DNA from: Phoronis australis
Taxonomy: Eukaryota; Animalia; Phoronida
Direction of reading: 5' to 3'
Length of the DNA stretch: 64,000 nucleotides
Assembly: GCA_002633005.1 (NCBI GenBank)
Contig: NMRA01000090.1
Coordinates: 360,752 to 424,751 of the forward strand
The first letter of the stretch is position 1. Every line of letters begins with the position of its first letter. The position numbers were made by a program, and so were the translations under genes. Shown piece after piece: positions 1 through 37,153 of the stretch. Below the pieces are notes generated by a model that saw only the letters and a list, made by a program, of their open reading frames with translations, had not been told where the DNA came from and made no database searches.

Positions 1-2140
1 TAGCCAGAGAAGGGGTTTTTCAGAGCAGGATTTGATGAAGCTGTTTTCAAGATTTCCCATAAAGAGGTTAGCAAAGGTAGGAGCAACCCTAGTTCCCATG
101 GCTGTGCCTAATATTTGGAGATAGTGATTATTATTAAAGGTAAAATGATTCATGGTAAGTACATGTTCAAGAAGAGAGCGAATAAAAGATGTAGGTACAT
201 TAGGATTATTACGTTGACTAAGAAACTTGGTACAGGCTTCTATGCCTTCATGTTGAGGAATATTAGTGTATAAGCTTTTAACATCAAGAGTTACGAGAAG
301 GGCATTTTTAGGTAAATCACTGATGTTTTTAATTATATTAAGAAAATGATTCGTATCTTTAACATATGAAGGAAGGGTGGGGACAAATTGCTGAAGATAG
401 TCGTCGGCAAACTGAGAAATTTTTTCTGTAGGGCAGTTGTTGCTGGCTATAATTGGGCGCCCAGGATTACCTTCTTTGTGGATTTTTGGAAGGAGATAAA
501 AGCGACTAGGTTGAGCATCATTAGGAATGAGGTAGTTTTTGGTGTCTTTGTCAATGTGACCTAAATGGAAAGCATTAGTTATAAGGCTGATATGTTTTGT
601 GTTGGGGTTATTATCTAAAAGTTTGTAGTATGCTGTGTCATTAAGTTGTCGGAGGGCCTCGTCAATATATTTCTGCTTGTCCATTATAACAACTGCTGAT
701 CCTTTATCAGCTGGTTTAATTATGATTTCTTTGTTTTTAGCGAGATTTGTAAGGGCATCTTTTTCGGACTTAGTAATTATATTAGTAGTTTTGCCTTTTG
801 TAATTCATAACGTCATTAGTAATCGCTTCAATGTAACTTTCGAGGGCATGGTTTTGACTTTTAGGTGGATTCCAATTGCTTTTTTTCTTGAAAGGATTAA
901 TTTCTAAAGGGGGGATTCTGGTTTTCATCTTTGGAAGAATTGGCAAAATATGCTGCCAATCTAAGACGTCTAGCGAAAGTGTAAATATCAATTAGTAATT
1001 CATCTTTGTCAATATTGGTTTTGGTAGGACAGAAGTTTAGTCCTTCAGAAAGTAGGCTAACCTCACTATCAGTTAAGTTATGGCTAGATAAATTAACTGC
1101 GTTTTTTGTTTCGCAGGTTATAGTTTTCCTAATGATTTGTCTACGGAACCTTCTGTTACGTTTGACTTTTTTATGGTGTCGTTGGTATTGTCTGCAGGAC
1201 CGTAGATGACGGTGGTAGGCATAGGTCGAGACGAAGTCGTTGTAGATGTCTTAGAGTATTTGTTCTTTCCTTTGTTCTTGTGGCGCCATACTTTTTTCAA
1301 ATTAGTGTGGCCGTTCTTGGGTGCGTTGAATTGTGCAATGTTGGGATTCCTGTAGAGGCTCAGTCTGTTGGTTGTAAAGATTACTTCATCTGATGTAAAT
1401 GACGTATATTTTGTTGTAGATTTGTTTTTGCCGTTTGATTTCAAAGTTACTTTAATCCAGTTGTCTTTTTTTAGGTCAAATTTATCTTGAACACCTGCTG
1501 AGATAGGTTTTTCTTTTGGAGGAGTTGTTGAGCACCTATCTTCTATTGTTTGAATGAGATAGTTATCTGGAGTGTGTTTGCTGTCCAACAGGTTGAAATG
1601 GTTGTTGCGGTGTAGAAGTAATATTGGTTTGCTGTTGATATTCTCTGAGGTGTATTTAATCCAACGTATGTTGTTTCCAATAGTGGTGTTGACGTAGATG
1701 TCTTTATGAAAAAGAGTACAAGTTGCGAATATTTCGGCTTGAGTGGCCCACGATTTTATGTTGCCGTTTGTTTTTGCCATGTTTTGTAGATGTTCCTGAT
1801 GGTCTTCATCCATTAGAATACTGTATTTTGCTAAGTTTGTTTTCAAGTGGTTTACTATTTCTGATCTGATGTGAGCATGATGAATGTCAGTGCCATAGAG
1901 GGCTAAACTTATACAACGGAAAAAGCAGTTACCATCAGAAGTAATAATTGTTGTTACGTAGTGAGATCCATTGATTACAGTAGTATATCTTACATGTGAA
2001 AGCCTTTCTTTGAGTTTGGAATTTTGTCTTTTCATAAGTTCAGATTCTTGACGGATTTTGAAGTTTTGTAGTTCCTTTTGAGTTTCTTCATTCAGATGTT
2101 GGATATAACTGCTTGACAAGTCTTCCTATTGCTGCTGTAG
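1..2140 (-). mobile_element. Penelope-like retroelement (PLE), frameshifted: N-terminal region, OTU domain and reverse transcriptase; runs off the left edge
   Basis: Minus-strand translation gives PLE hallmarks: AVNLSSHNLTDSEVSLLSEGLNFCP (~1100-1030), IIIKPADKGSAVVIMDK (~725-675), PGRPIIASNNCPTEKIS, LLVTLDVKSLYTNIP and QILGTAMGTRVAPTFANLFMG (~120-57). At least three frame breaks, at about 1200-1300, 905 and 785. Confidence 0.9.
1118..2119 (-). pseudogene. OTU-family cysteine protease (deubiquitinase-like) domain within the PLE ORF
   Basis: The ORF contains TSDGNCFFRCISLALYG (OTU Cys box), WATQAEIFA and LLHRNNHFNLL (His box). Confidence 0.85.
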
Positions 2141-2164
2141 GAGAAAAGTTTCATCAATAATTCA

Positions 2165-2750
2165 TTCAGTAATAAACGTCAACATGGCAACTCGCAATCC
2201 CGACTTACTAGGACGAGCTAGAGCTCATGAGTCCCGACTTCGCAGGTGGATCGTTAAGTTTTACAGGCTATCAATTCGAACAGAAATACAGTGATGAAGA
2301 AATACTAGAGAGGCACCGTGAACAAGCTCAGACAACAGAACGTATGGAGTTATTTGATAAGCAGGCATTTGTCAGGCACTGTCGACGTCTACAGGCCACA
2401 GACACAGAGATGTTTCACGGCCTCATACTTGCTATTTACAGCGTACATTTCATTCTTCACTACCATAAGCCACTTCCTAAGCATTTCGGACTTTCGAGGA
2501 AGTAAAAAAAAACGATATACCCGCTTTCCTCGCAGCTGCTTAGTTCGCACAAGTGGGGAAACGATGCACCGCAACATAGCGGCATTCACTCTGCATATGA
2601 ACCACTGACGTCGCTAGCGTCGTTTCTCACCTTCCTCACAGGTTAACGCGACACCTCTTGGCAAGGTAAAGTCGACCGTATGCGAGGCGGTGTGGATATA
2701 GACCGATTAAGACGTCAAAAAAGACTAATTAAATCGGGTGGCATTCGCCT
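2165..2750 (-). mobile_element. Internally deleted Kolobok-type DNA transposon, copy 1
   Basis: Terminus reads TTAA|AGGCGAATGCC on the minus strand (TTAA at 2751-2754). Degenerate THAP-like start on - (MLRCIV...FFLLP...RKWL). Convergent ORF start YQFEQKYSDEE on +. Clearly homologous to 53479-54335. Confidence 0.7.
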
Positions 2751-2872
2751 TTAAGTCTGCTACGTAATAGGTTCTAATTCACACTTGTTTAAAGGGCTTG
2801 CCAAATAGACACGTGACCGATTTGAGTCACGCTTATGCAACTCCATGGCATCTGAATGTAGTCCAATAGTGA

Positions 2873-28135
<25,263 letters not shown>

Positions 28136-28763
28136 TGTGCTACACATTAATAATGTGGCAACACAGACAGTATTACTGACTGAACTGGGCCATCCAAGCG
28201 GGAGAGGTCAGACAGTGCCCATCCTATAGGGACACCATAAGCCAGAAGCTTTCAGCAAATTATGCCTCACCATGGCTAAATCATCGAAATCACATACCTC
28301 TTCAGCATAGGACACCTTTGTGGGCCATAGATGTTTTTAAACCCTTCCAACTCAAACAAACACGTCTGCAATTAAGATTTATCTCCAATACTTCCCTTCA
28401 TTCATAAGCCGTGCCATTTTGTTGTTACCCTGGTGGCCAAATTTTGAGCACTAGCATTAGTGATTCACGCACTCCAGATGTCATGGAGGTTAACCTTGAT
28501 GTCATTAAAATTTACAGGCTATCATGAAAAGAATCCTGCGTTGACACCCTAACTGGTTCATATTTGGCAACTCGACCGGTTTGCGCACCACAGAATCTGC
28601 CAGTTCAGATCAAAGACACCATGCTGTTGTGGTTAATTAAATCGCCTAAGGCTGCTGATGTTATCGCTCTCTAGACAATGAGAGCATCATAAACACATGG
28701 GGATGTCAATAGTATTTTAAAATTTTAGTTTTTAAAGTTTTTAATAGCATATTTGAATAGTTT

Positions 28764-29092
28764 TTTATGTATTTATTATCATTTACAAACAATTACAAAA
28801 ACAAACAAACAAATAAGTACACCATTCATTCACGCATGCACACCTCAGGAAGACCATTCTCATATCTCGTTTAAAGTAAATATCTTCTACATGAAGTTAA
28901 CATGAACAATAAATTTTTCCCATTTTGCAGAGAAGCTGTCATGTACAAAGTTTTTATGTGCATTTAATTTTTCAGCATTATAGTATTCATAACTTTTGGT
29001 AACGAACTTGAGAAAATTGGGTATATTTTTGTTACATCTCTCTTTGTAAATGTACTGTTTAGCTAGTAGAAGCAAAATGTTAAATAGAAAAT
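28764..29092 (-). mobile_element. 5'-truncated L1/Tx1-clade LINE: ORF2 C-terminus plus 3' UTR
   Basis: LLLAKQYIYKER...FSAKW resembles the L1/Tx1 ORF2 end. AATAAA and an A-rich tail on -. 16-bp TSD CATATTTGAATAGTTT at 28748-28763 and 29093-29108. Confidence 0.85.
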
Positions 29093-29649
29093 CATATTTG
29101 AATAGTTTGTGAAAAGCACTCGTGATTAGGTTTTTGAGTTTTGAAAATTGGTCAAGAAATGCCTTTTACAACCCAAAACGATTGCTTAATGTTGCAGTAA
29201 TATGTTCCTCATTAATTCTGCTGGGTGTACAACATAACTGGGCCAATTACCAAACCAGCAGGTAGCAGTTGAATTTTGAGGTAAGCCAAGTGTCATCCTA
29301 TGGTCCTGGCATATAATAGTTTCTCCGGGCAATCGCTACAAAAATGGCTCAGTTCAGGATTTCGCTGACAGAATGAAGGACCATTCGAAAAAAAAAATAT
29401 TGCGAGAGTATTTGTCTGAGTCGTAAGAATTTAAAGACTAACTGCACCCAAAGGTGTCCATCAGTACACTCGACTACATTTAGTAACGCAATGTTTATAG
29501 TTTACCCAGGCATAAGTGTAATTTGTAGAATATTTTTGTTCGTACTGGCTGTGCCGTCGCCTAGGTTCAACAGTGAGCTTATTTCTGAAGATGTAATTAT
29601 TGCAGAGTGACGTGACTGTGATTACTACTGGATAAATATACACCATGTG

Positions 29650-30125
29650 TTGCCAGGTGTCATCACGTTAAGGATCCACTACCCTGCCGTCAATAAGAGT
29701 CATCAGCTAGGGTACCCACCACTCTTTGTCACCAAGTACCGTCACCTTGGGTCCTGACCACCATGTGTCACCGAGGGTCATCATCCAAGGTCCTGACCAC
29801 TCTGACTCACCACCAAGGGTCACCCATTGTTGCTGAGAGTCGTCACCAAGTGTCCTTACCAACCTGTGTCACTTCATGTCGTCACCAAGTGTCCTCACCA
29901 CTCTGGCTGGGAGTTATCTCCAAGTGTCCCCACCACCTTGTGCCTACCTAAAGTCACCTATAGTATTTCCGTCACATATAGTATTTCCGTCACCCTGTGT
30001 CATTGAGTGCATCACCTAGGGTCCCCACCTCACCCCTTGTGTCACTGAGTGTAAACAACAAGTATCCCCTCCACTTTGAGGCTCGAGTGTCATCCCCAAC
30101 ACCCTTTGTTATTGAGTGTCATCAG
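29650..30125. repeat. Degenerate GTCACC/GTCATC-rich tandem-like repeat
   Basis: Recurring GTCA(C/T)CAAG/GGTCC motifs at roughly 30-35 bp intervals. Confidence 0.55.
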
Positions 30126-31759
30126 CTGTAGTCTCCTAACATTCTATTTGACGAGGTGTAGGCGTCTGATTCTGTAACATCATGTCTAGCCCTTTCTTTA
30201 TGGCCACTTGGCAGTTCGTACAATCTTCCATGTGCAGGAGACCGAGTATCATGGGTTTGCAACAGCTCTGACAACATCTGAAAACAAAGGATCCATGATG
30301 CACACATGCAATACTGGTGTTAAATGGTGCCATACGTTCCTCATAATTTTCTTGGATCACTTTTGCAGTTCCATATGTTATCTGTGCTACAGCATGGATT
30401 TCAGCAAACAAAGGTGGATGTGTCCAATTTGGACATAACTGAGATAATTTCTGTATTTCTATGATTGAGGAACTCAAATAAAATATTTTAATGCATTATA
30501 CATGTTATTGCTTTTGCATTGCTACGTCTTCAGTTGTCATGGCCAATACCCACCAGTACAACCCCATGCAGTGATAGAACACTTAACGGCGTTTTCCCGT
30601 TTAGTGACTTTACCAGACCGGTTGTGAGCGTGTGATAACATCTAGCTTTTTGTTAGCTGCCAAGCACAGTCTTTTATTTGGTATGACAACAGGCAGGCCA
30701 ATTATCTACCAGGATTATTACAGGCCACGTGTGAACACAAACCCAGAGCGAATTGGTACGTTCGGAAAGAATAGATTGTCGTAACTGCGGTTGTTGTTGG
30801 GCGATTTAGGCGATTCAAAAACTAAACATGATCACCATTTGACGAGGATTTCAGAAATACTGTTGGTTCAAATATGTAATAATTTGACTTTTATTTTTAA
30901 CAGCACAGCCCAGTCAGGCTACATACGATCTTATTGGAGATTAGAGCAATTATCGATCAAAAGAGAGCTGGTCCTCCAACCATCAATGCCAAAATGGAGT
31001 TAATCAGTCGTGTAAGATATTGGCTACAGGGGACATCTACCCAACTGGGCTATAGAAACGAACAAGTTGGGAGCAACGGGAAAACGCCTTCATGATATTT
31101 TTAATTTAGCTGCAATATCTTTCTGTTGATTTTAATCATTCTGTAGTGCCATTATATTGTATGGTGCACTAGACGTTCATCTACCTGTTGAGGAATATGA
31201 ACATTGATTAGCAGATAAATCGGGATTCAACAAGCTTTCTATCTGTTCGTCTGTTTTAAGATTTGCCTCTCCCCCACGTCACAAATTTCAGTTCTTGTTA
31301 TCGAAGGTAGCATATTAATCCGTGCCTGTCAAAAAACAGTCTTTGTTAAATGCACGTGCCGTTATGAGTAGTCGTCCAGTATCGCTGGACGGCGGGCAGT
31401 GGGTAGACAACGGTACTGGACGTCTAGCACACGCAACGATCGGGACCAGCCGTTCGGTACCGGTCTTAATGGTAACTTCCGTTGCTAGCCGTCCGGCACC
31501 GCAGAAACGAGGGCAGGAATCATCTTCAGACCGGACGTCCACCACACGCTACGTACAGTAACTACGGCGTCCGAGATCAGTTTATAGTCTTAAGGCAGTC
31601 CGGTAGAGTAGGCCTACAGCGTTGTATTGACTGGGAAGAAACCTATCTAATACAACTTAACGTCACTAGTCAAATTAAAGATAAAATGTAAAGAAAACGC
31701 TCACATATTTCATCCAAAATTTAGTAAGTACATTTATATTATGTAAACAACGGACAACG

Positions 31760-32520
31760 GCGACTTTTGGACAGATCTGACTATACCGGTGTGCCCCAGA
31801 GTGGCAATTTTATTTTTTTTTACGTTTACCTTTGTATCTTCAAAAGTCTTTAACGGATTTTCATGAAATTTAATATGTAGGCACCTATTAGTGAGATGAC
31901 GCTATCCTCCCGTTTTCAGATGGGTTCGACAAAGTTTACGCCACCTGGTGGCCATTTTTAGTGTTTTCGAGTCTGATTTTGTGCATCCACCCCTCTATCA
32001 ACCAAACCGCTCAAAGGATGATTGTGAAAATTGGCATGTATATGCTTACTATGTAGAGGACGGTTGACGATGATTTTCCGACGATTTCGACTACTGTGGT
32101 GCCTCCTAGTGGCAGTTTCTTTTTGCGCTTATGGCTGTATCTCCTAAACCGTTTCGCAGGATCTTTACGAAATTTAATAAGTGTATTTATATGATGTTAA
32201 CAATAGACGATGACGACTTTTGGACGGATCCGCCTACCAGTGTGCCCCCTAGTGGCAATTTTATTTTTTACGTTTACCTCTGTATCTTCACAAATCCTTA
32301 ACGGATTTTCATGAAATTTGGTATGTAGGCACCTATTAGTGCGATGACGCTATACTCCCGTTTTCGGATGGATTCGATCTAGTTTGCGACACCCAGTGGC
32401 CACTTTTACTGTTTTTGGGTCTGTTTTTTTGGCGTCCACCCCTCTATCAACCAAACTGCTCTAAGTATGATTGTGATAATTGGCATGTATGTTCTTACTG
32501 TGAAGAGGACGGTTGACGAG
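31760..32520. repeat. Helentron-associated (HINE-like) internal array: ~150-bp units with a CTCF-like motif and a 451-bp higher-order period
   Basis: GTGGC cores at 31801, 31948, 32109, 32252 and 32396. 31790-32070 is homologous to 32241-32520. The same sequence follows a HINE-like 5' end at 41446-41920. Confidence 0.75.
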
Positions 32521-32891
32521 ATAAATTGCCAAAAAATTATTTCGAGTTCGTTTCGAGTACAAAAGATTAGATCAGTTCCGGGCCCTGGAGGACCCATGGT
32601 TGTTTGTAAATTAGTCCTCAATTTGCAATTTAAAAAGATTATGCATGTTTAAAGATAGTTTAAAGTTGGTTGAAATTGTTATTAAAACTAAGAAAATTGC
32701 CCAAGAACTGTTGGTCGACAAAACAACGAACAAGTAGTAGTTGAAAGTTTTGTAATCGTTTCATGGGAACTGTCATACAAAAGGTTAGCAAACTTTGAGA
32801 CTTTTTCGGCATTGATGACGCCTTTGATTTGGGACGTCGTGCTATTGTTGACGTACATTGTACGTAATCATTAGGCCTAATCACTTGTATA

Positions 32892-33620
32892 ATGGACCTA
32901 AAAATGGCTACCGGATGGAAATTAGACAGTTTCCTCGAAGATGTGACATTGTATTTAGCTTGGTGTGTTAGTTGTATTTCTTACTGTGTATTGAGAATGA
33001 CTGATGGAGTAGTATCTTTTGTGTGGAGCCTCGTGTTCGGTAACGGAGACCACTGCAGAAACATCGACGATGAAAAATGGTTGGCCGAAGCATTGGATGC
33101 TGCCACTGAACTCAATGAAGCAGAGACTTACCTTGGAGTAAAAGAAATATACGAGGGATACATAAATGACTTGCGCAGCTATCAGGATGAGTTGTTATGC
33201 TGAAAAGAGGCAAACCGCACAACCCACAAACAAACAGCCCCCGTCGATTATTTCATAGAATGCGAGACGGAAAAGGCGACAAAAATCGAGCTGAACAACG
33301 CATGTGAAACCACAGAGCCCCAGTCACTGGAGACAAGTTATCCAATGTTGGCAACATGCAGTGCTAACAAGCCAGAGAAAACTCAGGTAGAGCACACCGA
33401 TACTGACAGCGTTTACGGTCGGCATCTGGAAAACGTCAAGCCCACTAGTTCCGCGGCGTTACTCCAGAGTGCAATTTGTGCTGCCAAACACGTCACAAGA
33501 AGCTTCTGTAGCCCTCAACGCGATGCCGAGGACACCACGATTATGAAATCTGGCACCGACAAATCAGGTGACGTTGTATACATTCGTGAGGACGACGGCA
33601 ACCCATATGGTGTCGCAGAA
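32892..33620 (+). pseudogene. Orphan ORF copy 1 (premature stop; cut by an N join)
   Basis: Homologous to 35413-36384. TGA at 33201-33203 where the other copies have CGA. N at 33621. Confidence 0.75.
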
Positions 33621-34592
33621 NTGGACCTACAAATGGCTACCGGATGGAAATTAGACAGTTTCCTCGAAGATGTGACATTGTATTTAGCTTGGTGTGTTAG
33701 TTGTATTTCTTACTGTGTATTGAGAATGACTGATGGAATAGTATCTTCTGTGTGGAGCCTCGTGTTCGGTAACGCAGACCACTGCACAAACATCGACGAT
33801 GAAAAATGGTTGGCCAAAGCATTGGATGCTGCCATTGAACTCAATGAAGCAGAGACTGACCTTGGAGTAAAAGAAATATACGAGGGATACATAAATGACT
33901 TGCGCAGCTATCAGGATGAGTTGTTATGCCGAAAAGAGGCAAACCACAAAACCCACAAACAAACAGCCCCCGTCGATTATTTCAGAGAATGCGAGACGGA
34001 AAAGGCGACAAAAATCGAGCTGAACAACGCATGTGAAACCACAGAGCCCCAGTCACTGGAGACAAGTTATCCACTGTTGGCAACATGCAGTGCTAACAAG
34101 CCAGAGAAAACTCAGGTAGAGCACACCGATACTGACAGCGTTTACGGTCGGCATCTGGAAAACGTCAAGCCCACTAGTTCCGCGGCGTTACTCCAGTGTG
34201 CAATTTGTCCTGTCAAACACGTCACAAGAAGCTTCTGTAGCCCTCAACGCGATGCCGAGGACACCATGATTACGAAATCTGGCACCGACAAATCAGGTGA
34301 CGTTGTATACATTCGTGAGGACGACAGCAACCCATATGGTGTCGCAGAATTGCCCAACACTGCGATATCTTCCCATGCAATCAGCCTTGACGTTTCAGAG
34401 AACATCAGCACCTCGGCTTCCTCAAATGATGCGCAAAATGTTAAACAGGGTTTCTTCAAGAAATTGAAGACGACTTTTAGAAAAAAGGGCCGCACTACCA
34501 AAGTCTCCGCAAGCACTTCTTCCGGCAAGGGCCACCGTGTCGCTCCACGATGGCAAAGAATGTTGTGCTGCATTGCTGCCGAGTATGAATAG
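33621..34592 (+). CDS. Orphan intronless ORF copy 2 (323 aa; first base is N)
   Basis: Open frame from NTG to TAG. 18 amino-acid differences from copy 3. AATAAA ~160 bp downstream. Confidence 0.6.
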   Translation, partial: XDLQMATGWKLDSFLEDVTLYLAWCVSCISYCVLRMTDGIVSSVWSLVFGNADHCTNIDDEKWLAKALDAAIELNEAETDLGVKEIYEGYINDLRSYQDELLCRKEANHKTHKQTAPVDYFRECETEKATKIELNNACETTEPQSLETSYPLLATCSANKPEKTQVEHTDTDSVYGRHLENVKPTSSAALLQCAICPVKHVTRSFCSPQRDAEDTMITKSGTDKSGDVVYIREDDSNPYGVAELPNTAISSHAISLDVSENISTSASSNDAQNVKQGFFKKLKTTFRKKGRTTKVSASTSSGKGHRVAPRWQRMLCCIAAEYE

Positions 34593-35412
34593 GTGGAACC
34601 TAATGGACTAATTCATAAGCTCTGTGCTGGGCGCTTTTCGTTTCTTTTGTTGTTTTTTTAGATAGTATAAAATACGTTGGCTGCATATCCATGTATTTCC
34701 CACAGCCACCACTTTTCAGTCGTGAGCTGAATTGTAACCAATGAGTGTGCTTAAATAAAATGCATGGGCAATTCAAGCGTTTCTCTGATTTTAGGCTGAT
34801 GAGTAAAGATGCAGAACAAGTAAACAAAGGCGTTCAATGTTTTGAGTCATTTCACATCAGAAGCCCTACAGATGAGCACGGAAACTTTATTCTCTCACTT
34901 GCATTTTTGACTCTTTCACTCCCAGTGGAAACCGAGCTGCACTAAGAAAAATGAGGGCAAACAAATGCAAAATCGGCACTTTTCACCCCCCAAATCACCA
35001 CTTTCCTGCCGATGCTCGACTAAAGCCAACAATAGATTCCGAAAGCAAATTTCCTACCAATTCCAAAAATGTGGTCCAAAAGTACTGTCGACCAAGTAGC
35101 TTTTTTGCAAATCTGGCTTGTTTGAGGGCTACCTGAAATCGCGGCCAATTTCTCAGTTGCTACACAGCGATGCACAACTGCATCAGGGCGCCACCATCTT
35201 GAAGAAGAGTGCAGCTACAGCCAAGAAACTGGCCTTTTTCATTCCCAGGACGTTCACAAATACAAAAAACCACACTCACTTGGCCTACACACAATACTTA
35301 ACTAGAAAATGCCCCCAAGCCTGGCCTAGCCCTAGATTTTAACATTCTACTCTGTGCCACCTGCAGGGTCGGCTNACATTGTACGTAATTATTAGGCCTA
35401 ATCACTTGTATA

Positions 35413-36384
35413 ATGGACCTACAAATGGCTACCCGATGGAAATTAGACAGTCTCCTCGAAGATCTGACATTGTATTTAGCTTGGTGTGATAGTTGTATTT
35501 CTTACTGTGTACTGAGAATGACTGATGGAGTAGTATCTTCTGTGTGGAGGCTCGTGTTCGGTAACGCAGACCACTGCACAAACATCGACGATGAAAAATG
35601 GTTGGCCAAAGCATTGGATGCAGCCATTGAACTCAATGAAGCAGAAACTGACCTTGGAGTAAAAGAAATATACGAGGGATACATAAATGACTTGCGCAGC
35701 TATCAGGATGAGTTCTTATGCCGAAAAGAGGCAAACCACACAACCCACAAACAAACAGCCCCCGTCGATTATTTCATAGAATGCGAGACGGATAAGGTGA
35801 CAAAAATCGAGCTGAACAACGCATGTGAAACCACAGAGCCCCAGTCACTGGAGACAAGTTATCCACTGTTGGCAACATGCAGTGCTAACAAGCCAGAGAA
35901 AACTCAGGTAGAGCACACCGATACTGACAGCGTTTACGGTCGGCATCTGGAAAACGTCAAGCCCACTAGTTCCGCGGCGTTACTCCAGAGTGCAATTTGT
36001 CCTGCCAGACACGTCACAAGAAGCTTCTGTAGCCCTCAACGCGATGCCGAGGACAGCATGATTACGAAATCTGGCACCGACAAATCAGGTGACGTTGTAT
36101 ACATTCGTGAGGACGACGGTAACCCATATGGTGTCGCAGAATTGCCCAACACTGCGATATCTTCCCATGCAGTCAGCCTTGACGTTTCAGAGAACATCAG
36201 CACCTCGGCTTCCTCAAATGATGCGCAAAATGTTAAACAGGGTTTCTTCAAGAAATTGAAGACGACTTTTAGAAAAAAGGGCCGCACTACCAAAGTCTCC
36301 GCAAGCCCTTCTTCCGGCAAGGGCCACCGTGTCGCTCCACGATGGCAAAGAATGTTGTGCTGCATTGCCGCCGAGTATGAATAG
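35413..36384 (+). CDS. Orphan intronless ORF copy 3, 323 aa, unknown function
   Basis: Complete ATG..TAG. Hydrophobic Cys-containing N-terminal segment, acidic helical segment, S/T-rich middle, and a polybasic tail ending WQRMLCCIAAEYE. AATAAA at ~36546. Confidence 0.65.
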   Translation: MDLQMATRWKLDSLLEDLTLYLAWCDSCISYCVLRMTDGVVSSVWRLVFGNADHCTNIDDEKWLAKALDAAIELNEAETDLGVKEIYEGYINDLRSYQDEFLCRKEANHTTHKQTAPVDYFIECETDKVTKIELNNACETTEPQSLETSYPLLATCSANKPEKTQVEHTDTDSVYGRHLENVKPTSSAALLQSAICPARHVTRSFCSPQRDAEDSMITKSGTDKSGDVVYIREDDGNPYGVAELPNTAISSHAVSLDVSENISTSASSNDAQNVKQGFFKKLKTTFRKKGRTTKVSASPSSGKGHRVAPRWQRMLCCIAAEYE

Positions 36385-37153
36385 GTGGAACCTAATGGAC
36401 TAATTCATAAGCTCTGTGCTGAGCGCTTTTCGTTTCTTTTGTTGTTTTTTTAGATAGTATAAAATACGTTCGCTGCATATCCATGTATTTCCCACAGCCA
36501 CCACTTTTCAGTCGTGAGCTGAATTGTAACCAGTGAGTGTGCTTAAATAAAATGCATGGGCAATTCAAGCGTTTCTCTGATTTTAGGCTGATGAGTAAAG
36601 GTGCAGAACAAGTAAACAAAAGCGTTCAATGTTTTGAGTCATTTCACATCAGAAGCCCTACAGATGAGCACGGAAACTTTATTCTCTCTTGCATTTTTGA
36701 CTCTTTCACTCCCAGTGGAAACCGAGCTGCACTAAGAAAAATGAGAGCAAACAAATGCAAAATCGGCACTGTTCACCCCCAAATCACCACTTTCCTGCCG
36801 ATGCTCGACTAAAGCCAACATTATATTCCGAAAGCAAATTTTCTACCAATTCCAAAAATGTGGTCCAAAAGTACTGTTGACCAAGTAGTTTTTTTGGCAA
36901 ATCTGGCTTGTTTGAGGGCTACCTGAAATCGCGGCCAATTTCTCAGTTGCTACACAGCAATGCACAACTGCATCAGGGCGCCACCATCTTGAAGAAGAGT
37001 GCAGCTACATCCAAGAAACTGGCCTTTTTTATTCCCAGCACGTTCACAAATCCAAAAAACCACACTCACTTGGCCTACACAATACCTAACTAGAAAATGC
37101 CCCCAAGCCTGGCCTAGCCCTAGATTTTAACATTCTACTCTGTGCCACCTGCN

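Noticed and set aside
31300-31710. CpG-richer segment with ETS/RFX-like motifs and a possible minus-strand donor
   Set aside because: Could be a promoter or a TE fragment, but no linked coding exon could be identified.
34244-34573. 109-aa antisense ORFs (also 36036-36365)
   Set aside because: Shadows of the plus-strand orphan ORF with no independent evidence.
33345-34592. 415-aa ORF with an apparent internal repeat
   Set aside because: It reads through the N at 33621, which joins copy 1 to copy 2; an assembly chimera, not a real protein.
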